Assembly: GCF_006345805.1 (NCBI RefSeq) | Contig: NC_043010.1 | Location: 3,162,001-3,226,000, forward strand | Source of the DNA: Octopus sinensis | Taxonomy: Eukaryota | Length of the DNA: 64,000 bases | Reading direction: 5' to 3' | Shown here: one piece after another, positions 53,799-64,000 of the stretch | Numbering within the stretch: position 1 is the stretch's first letter | Layout: every line of letters starts with the position of its first letter | Position numbers and translations under genes: made by a program | The notes under the pieces: generated by a model | Told to the model about the DNA's origin: nothing | Database searches by the model: none | The model's input: only the letters and a program-made list of their open reading frames with translations

Positions 53799-55283
53799 CT
53801 GTAAAAATAAAAAGGAAATACAAAAAAAAAAATGGCATTAATAATTTCATAAAAAAGTTATTTTAATTAACTATTTTTAATACCAACCCACTTTGGACTA
53901 ACTTTCATCCTATGATACTCACTTCCAGTTTTGAAGTATTTTGAATTAAAACCTCTAATTAAAATTCCATGCTAATTTATACTCTAGATACCAGACTAAC
54001 GATGACAAAGTTATTTAACTAAATTATTTTTTAAAATAAAGTGAAATCAAAGGATCATATTTTGGCAGAACTATAATAGCAAAAGGGTTAATTTAATTGT
54101 GTAATACTACATTTAATATATTGTTTGTCATGACTTTAGTGAGTGGAAGTAGACCAAAGCCCTTAACACTTTTCAGAGTCTCTTAGACTGTTGTGTGGAG
54201 GGAAGACAATTATAGACAGCTCAGAGACCAAGACAAAATTCTTGGAACAGTGCAGACACACTTAACGTCACTCAAAAACCAAGTAGTTGTATTAATATGA
54301 ACAATAGATTGAGTCTTCCATGCAAATACAGAAGTAGCCACTCTGACAGAATTCATCACAGTTTCCATCTACCAAATTTTAGTCACAAGGTTTTGGGCAG
54401 ATGAAGCTATGGTAAAAATATTTTCCCCAAGGTACAGCATAGTAGAATTGTGAAACCAAAACCATGGAGTTACTCTATTAGAAAAGGCTCATAAAAAGTA
54501 ATTTGAGACAAATGGAAGTATTTTTAGTAAGTACAAACATATTTTATATCAGATTTAAGTCCTACCTATATTCTGTTTTGAAATGGAGTAAAAATTGAGT
54601 GGAGAATGTTCTTCTGTTTCCTCTATTACAGAATGTGAAAGGAATTTTTAAGTCCTCTCAGATTGGAGATATTTACCTTGGATTTTTGTAGATTGTTGAT
54701 GCCTACAAGATGTAAGTCCTGGAAGGGAACTGAATGGCTTTTGTTTCAATTAATTTTGAAAATAATTACAATGTTAGTAAAATGACTTTGTCCTTATTAT
54801 TTATTTTATCTAGTTTCAGCACACGAGCTGTGGCCATGCTGGGGCACCACCATTGAATTAGTGTGAGCTCACCAGGATTATGCTGGTATTTGGAACATAA
54901 ATTAACATGACACTTTAGTGGAAGTATTGAGTTTAGAAAACAGAAAACACTTTGAAAACAGAAAGCTTTATCATAGAACCAGATGCAGTCCTGGGCAAGT
55001 GGATATAAAAAAAAAAGATTTTAATTTCTATTTAGATTCCTTTAAAACAAAAAGGTTTATATAAAACAACCAGAGCAGTTTTGGCTGTAATGGTATCAAA
55101 AGGGCTAAGAACAGTATTTGTTGAATAGTTTGTATAATCAGATGAGTTCAGAAAAATGGCTGAGGAGGCAAATGAGTGTGGTAATAAGTATGTAAATTCA
55201 AAAGTGCAGCAACTGTTGCAGTACTAGTAAAAGAGAGAGGAAGATAGATAGATAGATAGATAGAGAGAGATATATATATATAT

Positions 55284-55365
<82 letters not shown>

Positions 55366-56457
55366 TCGTTGTGTTAGTAATGGTCATGTATATAACCTTC
55401 TTTTACTTATTTCAGTCATTGGGCTGCAGCCTTGCTAGGACACTGCCTTGAAGGGTGTCAGATCAACAAATCAACTGCAATACTTGTTTTTCTTTCCAAG
55501 TCTGTTACTGATTCTACCACTGTCTTTTGCCACACTGTTTAGTCATGAGGATGTAAACAAACTCACATCAGTTGCCAAGTGGTAAAGGTAAAGGTAAAGT
55601 TACCTCCTTGAGTCATACTGACTCATAACAGCCAGTTTCCTGGTTCCATGGCATATATATTCCCCATCTGGATGGACACCAGTCCATCACATGATTATCC
55701 ATTTTTGCCAGCTGAGTGGACTGGAGCAACGTGAAAGGAAGTGTTTGCTCAACAACACGTGTCACCTGGTCAAGGAATTGAAACCACAATCTTACACTCA
55801 TGAGTCCAACATCCTAACCACTAAGCCATGTGCCTCCACTAGTTGTCAAATAATGGAAAATAAATACAAAGACATACACACCCACCCACCCATGCACACA
55901 TATATACAATTGGCTTCCACGGAGTTTCCATCTATCTAATTCACTCACAAGGCATTGGCTGGCATGGGGCTAAAGTAGATACACAATGGAACGGAACCCA
56001 AACCATGTTGGTTTAAAGTAAGCTTCTTAACCTGACAGCCGATGTGAGTGAACCTTGCCAATCATTCCAGTGCCCCCTTTTTGTTTTGTTTTAATGTTAT
56101 CTACAATGATTGTGGGTGCAATTTCTGCCCTGACCCAGGCAAAGGAACTGTTTTGAAGTCATCATTGTCATTTACCTCAAATTCAACAAAAGATCCTGCA
56201 GACTTAGGATCAACTGCTTTCCAGGTGTCACAATCCTAACATTCCTTCGCACTTAGAGAGAGGTGGGTTTTTCTAGAAAATAAAGGGATCTGTGAAGGAA
56301 ACCTTCCTTCCAACAATGTATCTGGTATCTTTTTATTTATCTTTTAATCTTTTACTTGTTTCAGTCATTAGACTGTGGCCATGCTGGGACAACACCTTGA
56401 AGGTAAAACAGTCAACTACTGGGGTCAATAATAATAATAACTATCATTACTATTACC

Positions 56458-56865
56458 CTCTCTTTTACGCTTTTACTTGTTTCAGTAATTTGACAATGGC
56501 CATGCTCGAGCACCGCCTTTAGTTGAGCAAATCGACCCCAGGACTTATTCTTTGTAAGCCTAGTACTTATTCTATTGGTCTCTTTTACCGAACCGCTAAG
56601 TTACGGGGACGTAAACACAGCAGCATCGGTAGTCAAGCGATGTTGGGAAGACAAGCACAGACACACATGCACACACACACATATATATACATATACATAT
56701 ATACAACGGGCTTCTTTCAGTTTCCATCTTCCAAATCCCCTCACAAGGCTTTGGTTGGCCTGAGGCTATAGTAGAAGACTCTTGCCCAAGGTGCCATACA
56801 GTGGGACTGAACCCAGAAGAATGTGGTTGGCAAGCAAGCTACTTACCACACAGCCACTCCTGCAC
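56458..56865 (-). mobile_element. Microsatellite-containing tRNA-SINE
   Basis: Full-length match to 12554-12958. Confidence 0.9.
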
Positions 56866-56885
56866 CAATTATTTGGCAATTACTT

Positions 56886-57305
56886 AAGGCAATGAGCTGG
56901 CAGAACCATTAGCATGCTGAGTAAAATACTTAGAAGTATTTTGTCTGTCTTTATGTTTTGAATTCCAGTTCCACTAAGATCAACTTTGCCTTTCATCTTT
57001 TTGGGGTCAATGAATCAAATACCATTGAAACACTGGGGTCGATATAATCAACTAGTCCACTCCCACCAAAATTCAGGCCTTGTGTCTTTAGTAGAAAGGA
57101 TTATTATTATTATCATTTTTATCTTCAGGTAGTGAGCTGGCCAGGAAAAATGCTTAGTGGTATTTCACCTTATGTTTCTACCAGGGTCATCTTTGCTTTT
57201 CATCTTTGCAGGGTCTATAGAATAAGTACCAGTGAAACACTGGGCTTGATGTAATCAACTCATCCTCTCCTCCAAAATGGCTACCTTTGTGGCAAAATTT
57301 GAAAC

Positions 57306-57356
<51 letters not shown>

Positions 57357-57600
57357 CATCATCATCATCATTATTATTATTAAGGTGGCAAGCTGGTGAA
57401 ATTGTTAGCATGCTGAACAAAATAGCAGTATTTCACCTGCCTTTATGTTCCGAGTTCAAATGCTGCCAAGGTCGATTTTGTCTTTCATCCTTTCAGGGTC
57501 AATAAATTAAGTACCAACGACACACAGGGGTCGATGTAATCAACTAGTCCCCTTCCCCCAAATTTTAGGCTTTGCACCTTTAAGTAGAAAGGATTATTAT
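56886..57600 (+). repeat. Three tandem copies of the ~210-bp SINE
   Basis: Same unit with (ATT)n spacers. Confidence 0.9.
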
Positions 57601-57713
57601 AATTATCCTTTGGTAGTTTCATGCAAATTTCAACTGCTCCACCTGGTGCGCTTCCTGAGATGTGTATGACATTGTGTTCTTACCTTTGTGGGGGTTGAGG
57701 AAGTAAAGATTCC

Positions 57714-58136
57714 TCTTTACTCTTTTACTCTTTTACTCTTTTATTTGTTTCAGTCATTTGACTGTGGCCTTGCTGGAGCACCGCCTTTAGTCGAGCAAAT
57801 CGACCCTAGGACTTATTCTTTGTAAGCCCACTACTTATTCTATCAGTCTCTTTTGTCGAACCCCTAAGTGACGGGGACGTAAACACACCAGCATCAGTTG
57901 TCAAGCAATGCTAGGGGGACAAACACAGACACACAAACATATACACACACGCTTATGTATATATACATATATACGACAGGCTTCTTTCAGTTTCCATCTA
58001 CCAAATCCACTCACAAGGCATTGGTCGGCCTGGGGCTATAGCAGAAGACACTTGCCCAAGATGCCACGCAGTGGGACTGAACCCGGAACCATGTGGTTGG
58101 TTAGCAAGCTACTTACCACACAGCCACTCCTGCGCC
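57714..58136 (-). mobile_element. Microsatellite-containing tRNA-SINE
   Basis: Full-length match to 12554-12958, with a (ctctttta)n tail. Confidence 0.9.
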
Positions 58137-58259
58137 GCTTGTTGGTATATTGTACCAATTCGTTTCATAATGGAGTTTACTTTCTTATTTCTTTTTATAT
58201 TAGTGTACATTGTGTTGTCTTATTTTATTGGATCTTAATCTTATGTAGTATATTTAACA

Positions 58260-58720
58260 ATGGCACATGAAAGGCACCATTCAAGTGTGATCGTTACCAG
58301 CATTGCCTTACTGGCACTTGTGCCTGTGCTTGTAGGGTGCCAAGAGCACCATCTGATCGTTATCGTTGCCAGAGCAGCCAACTGGCTTTTGTGCCGGTGG
58401 CACGTAAAAGGGCACGATTCAAGCGTGATCGTTACCAACGTCGCCTTACTGGCACCTGTGCCGGTGGCTTGTGTAAAAGATTTGAGTGAGGTCATTGCCA
58501 GTACCGCCTGACTGGTCCCCATGCCAGTGGCATGTAAAAAGCACCCACTACACTCTCGGAGTGGTTGGTGTTAGGAAGGGCATCCAGCTGTAGAAACTCT
58601 GCCAGATCAAGATTGGAGCCTGGTGCAGCCATCTGGTTCGCCAGCCCTCAGTCAAAATCGTCCAACCCATGCTAGCATGGAAAGAGGACGTTAAACGATG
58701 ATGATGATGATGATGATGAT
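58260..58720 (+). mobile_element. RTE-type LINE 3'UTR with internal duplication and (GAT)n tail
   Basis: Two copies of tggcac..aaaggcac.attcaag.gtgatcgttacca.c.t.gccttactggcac.tgtgcc, followed by the same 3' tail as 215-617. Confidence 0.75.
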
Positions 58721-58887
58721 GTATTATTTTAGATTATTAGGTTATTATTGTATAAAATGAGTGTTGTCTGTGAAGATGGTTCCATTTGAGCTATTCTATT
58801 GAATCATGAGCTATTTGAGTGAATTGAGTGTGTCTTTATTTACATTATTTATATTGGATGGATATGTCTCCTCATCTTGTTTGTTGT

Positions 58888-58930
58888 TACCACATTTCAG
58901 CTGATTTACTCTCCAGCCTTCATCAGGTGT
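58888..58930 (-). ncRNA. Degenerate hammerhead motif in a Penelope-like remnant
   Basis: Minus strand acac-CTGATGA-A-GGCTG gagagtaaat CAGCT-GAAA-tgtggt. Core and stem II are intact but the cleavage side is damaged. Confidence 0.5.
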
Positions 58931-58983
58931 CCTGGTAGAATTTTGCGAATTCAGTTCCAGCCAGTGAACAAATAATAATAATG

Positions 58984-59059
<76 letters not shown>

Positions 59060-59753
59060 TAATAATAAAAATAATATATAAAGGATTGAGGTAACTCCTC
59101 CAGAAGATATAGAGTCAAAATTAAAAGAAGAGTGCCAATGTTATCTAGTGAACGATATTCCGACATCTTGTGTGTCTTCAACTGGTTCAAAAAATAATTT
59201 TGTCAACCTACTTCATTTCTCTATTTTTAGTTGCTGTGACAAAAGTGCTGGTGTGGTGGACCTTTCTGAACAGTTTGAAGACAGGCACTTTCCTATCTGA
59301 CCAAGCTCTCATAAGTTTCTTCATATATAACTTGAAGAGGTAGGTGAGGATCAAGAGGGAGGTGCTACCTTTTAGTGTGTTTATTGAAAGGTGGATAAGA
59401 GGGTTAGACTGGTGAGGCTGAGCAGACCTACTCTGAGAATGCTTTTCTAAGTGGAAGGAAAGTAACTGGAAGATGGCACTTCCAATTCCTTGGAGATGGC
59501 AGAGTAATCCAGAACATTTTGTGCAAGCTTTTCTTTTAATTATCTACCCCACTATTGAGGATTTTATTAATTAACTATTTAGTTTTCTAATTTCTATTTT
59601 TATATTCTTTGGTTATTTTCTTATGGTTGTAGTGTCTCCCCTTAATCGATGTAAATTCCACCTGTTTGTGTGTTGTATCTTGTCTTTTGATATTGTCCCC
59701 CATGTCTTGGGCCCATGTGGCCACTAAAAGAAATCATCACTATCATACTTTTA

Positions 59754-59808
<55 letters not shown>

Positions 59809-60049
59809 CATTATCATTCTTCTTCTTCTTATTATTATTATTATTGTCTAAGGCAGTGATCTAGTATAATGGTTAGCACAATGGGCAAAATGCTTAACGG
59901 TATTTTGTCTGTCTTCAAATTCCTCCGAGGTTGACTTTGCCTTTCATCCTTTCAGGGTCGATAAATTAAGTACCAGTGACACACTAGGGTTGATGTAATC
60001 AACTAGTCCCCTGCATCAAAATGACTGCCCTTGCAGCAAAATTTGAAAC

Positions 60050-60080
<31 letters not shown>

Positions 60081-60679
60081 GAGCTTTGTGTTCGGTCCCT
60101 TGTGGGTAGTAAAGAAATTGGTATTCAAGTGGGAATTACTTATTTCTCGGTTACAAACTACACATCATTGAAGACCATTGCAGTAGCCGTGGTGGTTTTT
60201 GTGATTGTTGTTATGGTTGTTGTTGTTGATGTTGTGATTGTTATGGTTGATGACGATGATGATGATGATGAATTTGTTGTTGCTGTGATAGTTGCTGGTG
60301 TTATGATTGCTGTAAACGTTGTTGATGTTGGTCATTGCTATTGGTTAATGTTGTTGTTGTTAATATTGTTTCTATGAATGCATTTTATATATTACTGCTG
60401 TTATGTTGTTGTTGTTGATGATAATGATGATGGTTGTGTTGTTGTCGTTAACGCTGTTATTGTTGATATTGTTGTTGTGGTTTTATCTTCCATATTGCTG
60501 TTGTTGTGGCTGTTGTAATAGTTGGGATTGTTGCTGAAGTTGTCGAGCTTATTGATGTTTGTTGCAGTTACTCTTTTATTCTTTTACTTGTTTCAGTCAT
60601 TTGACTGCGGCCATGCTGGAGCACGTTAATGTTTTTTGCCTTTGTTGTTCTAGAATAGTATACCTCTCCTTCACACACA

Positions 60680-61190
60680 CCAAACAGCTCTCTCTCTCTC
60701 TCTTTTGCTCTCTTTCTCTCTTTCACACACACACTCTCTTTCTCTCTTTTGCTCTCTTTCTCTCTTTCACAACCTCTCTCCCTTTCACACACACTCTCTC
60801 TCTCTCTCTTTCACTCTCTTCCTCTCTTTCACAACCTCTCTCCCTTTCACACACACACACACTCTCTCTCTCTTTCGCTCTCTTTCTCTCTTTCACAACC
60901 TCTCTCCCTTTCACACACACACACTCTCTCTCTCTCTTTTGCTCTCTTCCTCTCTTTCACAACCTCTCTCCCTTTCACACACACACACACTCTCTCTCTC
61001 TTTCGCTCTCTTTCTCTCTTTCACAACCTCTCTCCCTTTCACACACACACTCTCTCTCTCTCTTTTGCTCTCTTTCTCTCTTTCACAACCTCTCTCCCTT
61101 TCACACACACACTCTCTCTCTCTCTTTTGCTCTCTTTCTCTCTTTCACAACCTCTCTCCCTTTCACACACACACACTCTCTCTCTCTCTT
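60680..61190. repeat. 62-64-bp pyrimidine-rich minisatellite, 7 units
   Basis: Anchor tttcacaacctctctccctttcacac with AACC at 60771, 60833, 60897, 60961, 61025, 61087 and 61149. Confidence 0.95.
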
Positions 61191-61603
61191 TTACTCTACC
61201 ATACTATAGCATGGTAGAAATAAATTATTGATGAAATTCATGAGTTTATACGTGGTCGTCTGGAGATCAAATTTTCCCATGGGCATGACAGACACAAAAA
61301 GAAGCCATTACAGTGTATCTTTCGTTGTAGATAAACTCTCTCCCTCCTGAATACAATGGAACTAATCAGTCGTTGATGATATCTCTGATAAGGAGAAAGT
61401 CAAGAAATTGATTTTTTTTTTTTGTCACTGTTGTTGTTGTTGTTGTTGTTGTTGTTGTCACATTTGAATGAAAAAAAATGAAATTTTAGAAAAAAAGAAG
61501 CAAAAAAGAGGAAAATGTTTAACAAATAAAGGGAGGAGTTATTCTGATAATGATATTTTTTTATCTATGAGAACTATATTCATAAGTGCTAAAATATTCC
61601 AGC

Positions 61604-61634
<31 letters not shown>

Positions 61635-61649
61635 CATACATACATACAT

Positions 61650-61680
<31 letters not shown>

Positions 61681-61753
61681 TACATACATACATACATACA
61701 CATACATACATACATACATACATACATACATACACAATCATACACACACATAC

Positions 61754-61822
<69 letters not shown>

Positions 61823-62492
61823 AAGGTTGTATAAATAAAACATCTTAATTGCTCCATCAGCAGATGTTTTACTTGAAAAATGAACCACTTATTGATGTAA
61901 AAGATGTTTACACTTTCTGAAGCTCAGAAAAATTTCTTTTCATGAAACCTAACCTAGTTCATTTTGATAGAACATATTTCACTCAAACTTTTAAATTCAT
62001 CATAAAAATAAAATGAAAAAATTAATATACATAATGATTTCAAATTTTGCTACATGGCCACAGTTTCAGGGTGTGGGGAAGTCAATTACATTGACCTCCC
62101 TGGGGCTCAACTGATATTCATTTTATTGACACCAAAAGTATGAAAGGCAAAATAAGCCTTGGTGGAATTTGAACTCAGAATGTAAAGATGGACAAAACGC
62201 CACTAAGCATTTTTCCCAGTGTGCTAACAATTCTGCTAGCCTGTTTCCTTAATTAGCATGCAGTGATGTAGCTAGAGTGTGTGCTGCCTGGGGCAGTCCT
62301 TGAGTTCAATTCCTAACTTCTGTCCCTTTCATTCTTCATCCCTCTTTTTCCTTCTCTTTCACTCTCTCTGCCTATATATATATATATACCAGAGTAAACA
62401 CATAAATGTGAAACAAGGTGGAAAAAAGAGTACTCAAATACCAGTGGTAGAGTAATATGCTTTATTTAAAGCAGCAGAAAATTCCACAAAAC

Positions 62493-62530
62493 CTGTTACC
62501 CTGAGTTTCGCGTTGCCGTTCATCGGACAG
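62493..62530 (-). ncRNA. Type I hammerhead-like motif, mirror copy
   Basis: Minus strand CTGT-CCGATGA-ACG gcaa CGC-GAA-ACT cag GGT-A-ACAG. Confidence 0.5.
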
Positions 62531-62556
62531 TTTTTGCTAGAAAAAACTAGCAAAAA

Positions 62557-62594
62557 CTGTCCGACGAATGGCAACGCGAAACTCAGAGTAACAG
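62557..62594 (+). ncRNA. Type I hammerhead-like motif (variant core)
   Basis: CTGT-CCGACGA-ATG gcaa CGC-GAA-ACT cag AGT-A-ACAG: stem I CTGT/ACAG, stem III ACT/AGT, GUA triplet. The core has C instead of U4 and stem II is weak. Confidence 0.5.
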
Positions 62595-62760
62595 GTTTTG
62601 TGGAATTTTCTGCTGCTTTAAATAAAGTATATATATATATCGATACAATTATATGCTCATAACTTACATGAGAATATGATAACAGTATAACATCTCCCTC
62701 TCTCACTCTCTCTTCCTTGAATCAAACTGTTTTAATTTCTCAATGCCATCATTAAAAACG

Positions 62761-63992
62761 TCAAGTTGGAAAAAAATGATCTGTCACATCTTTGGCATGA
62801 TCCCCTTAAGGGTACTTTCTTGATGCTTACCCTTTAAATAAGCAATAAATTTTATATTCTATTTTTTTTTTCTTTCTTTGCAGATTACTTCAAATCTTAG
62901 AGGATAAATTTGTATTAATTTTACCCTTTTAAAATGAGTTTAGATCAGATCCATATCAAAGACTTCATGCAGAAATACAAGAGGAGTGAGTTCTTCAACA
63001 ATGAAAGTAGCAAGAAATATTTGTTCTGCCTATGGAAAGTCTTTAGATGTGCCAATAGTAGTTTGGTTAGTTCCACTTGAGAAATTTTTGTGTTGGAAAT
63101 TTCTCTCAATATGGATAACCAATTCTGATAAAATTGTATAAAATTGTAGTTTAGAAAAATCGTAAGCAAACTGCATGAGAATTAGCAAAGATGTTCAATT
63201 CAAGTCACACTTTGATCATAAAATAACTTCATGAACAAAGAAAAGAGTCTAAACTTGGTCAGTGAGGCCCTCGTTATCTGACTGATTCTCAGGTTAGCCC
63301 TCTACTTGTCCTTGAAGAATAGTTTTGCTACTAAACCTTTCTTGGGTAGACTTATCACAATTGATGAAAAGTGGGCTCTTTCTAATCATCTCCAATGCAA
63401 ATGACAATAGTTAACACACAATATAAAAGAAAACCTATCCCCCAAAGCAGAGCTATACTTAATAAATAGTTATGCTCTATGTTAGATAAGATATGAAGAG
63501 TATTGTCTATCAAAAGGTGTTAAACCAAAGTGAAAGAGTTAACATGGATAAATATAGTAATCAATTTGAAGCATTGTACAAACATTTTCAGAAAACGTGC
63601 TCATCATTGGTTAGTTGTAAGAGGATGTTGCTCTTACATGATAATCTGAGACCACATATTACTCAAGTAACTCAGGAAAAGATTATTATGTCTCTAAATA
63701 TGACAGTTTTGCTTCATTCTTCTTATTTTTCTACCTTTACTCCATCTTTTCAGATCTTTGCAACCTTATTTTATGGGAAAACAATTTAATAGTTCTGACG
63801 TGGGTAAAAATGATATTGAGTGTTCAAACCTGAAGGTCGTTATGCCAAATAGATGGGGCATTTTATCATATTATATTAATAATAAATATCATATTATCAT
63901 ATTTTATTAATAATAAATATATCAATTAAAACCAAAGAAATGTTTGTTTCTTTCCCATCTTGAAATATGATGAGACTTTTTTTATAACCTAA
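62761..63992 (+). mobile_element. Old full-length mariner (DD34D-type) relic
   Basis: Frameshifted transposase from ATG 62934: VARNICSAYG, LITIDEKW, LLLHDNLRPH, LHSSYFSTFTPS (degenerate HPPYSPDLAPS). Diverged TIR-like ends tcaagttggaaaaaaa / ttaggttataaaaaaa, ~1.23 kb. Confidence 0.8.
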
Positions 63993-64000
63993 CAGTTAAC

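Larger units (their letters stand above)
62388..62632. mobile_element. Fold-back Penelope-like element (inverted pLTR) in (TA)n
   Basis: 86-bp arms at 62455-62540 and 62547-62632, A6 loop, 4 transition mismatches, TA runs on both sides. Each arm carries a hammerhead-like motif. Confidence 0.65.

Noticed and set aside
53799-53850. Apparent signal peptide MKLLMPFFFLYFLFIFT making a secreted 104-aa protein
   Set aside because: It is the translated polypyrimidine tract of the splice acceptor.
60559-61231. 216-, 170- and 160-aa S/L/F/H/T ORFs
   Set aside because: Minisatellite translation.

Overview
AT-rich, microsatellite- and SINE-saturated animal genomic DNA, almost certainly octopus (coleoid cephalopod), judged from the protocadherin type and the repeat families. 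It looks like part of a protocadherin cluster. One clear gene segment is present: a minus-strand exon (about 26173-28639) encoding signal peptide, 6 cadherin repeats, TM and part of the tail. It has a good splice acceptor before the ATG and a phase-0 donor (CAG|GTGAGT). A second minus-strand exon (53536-53798) looks like the terminal coding exon of another protocadherin lying further upstream. The rest is mostly tRNA-derived SINEs, LINE fragments (RTE-, CR1/L2- and Dong/R4-like), three Tc1/mariner relics and simple repeats, with a 100-N gap at 40555-40654. Most notable: (i) several short elements, mostly in (TA)n tracts, carry minimal type I hammerhead-ribozyme motifs of the Penelope-like kind, one as a fold-back with a motif on each strand; (ii) two near-perfect ~90-bp-arm hairpins are candidate ADAR substrates; (iii) no convincing 3' exons for the big protocadherin exon were found in the 26 kb downstream. 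Nearly all other ORFs in the supplied track are microsatellite artefacts. Everything was read by eye and no searches were run.
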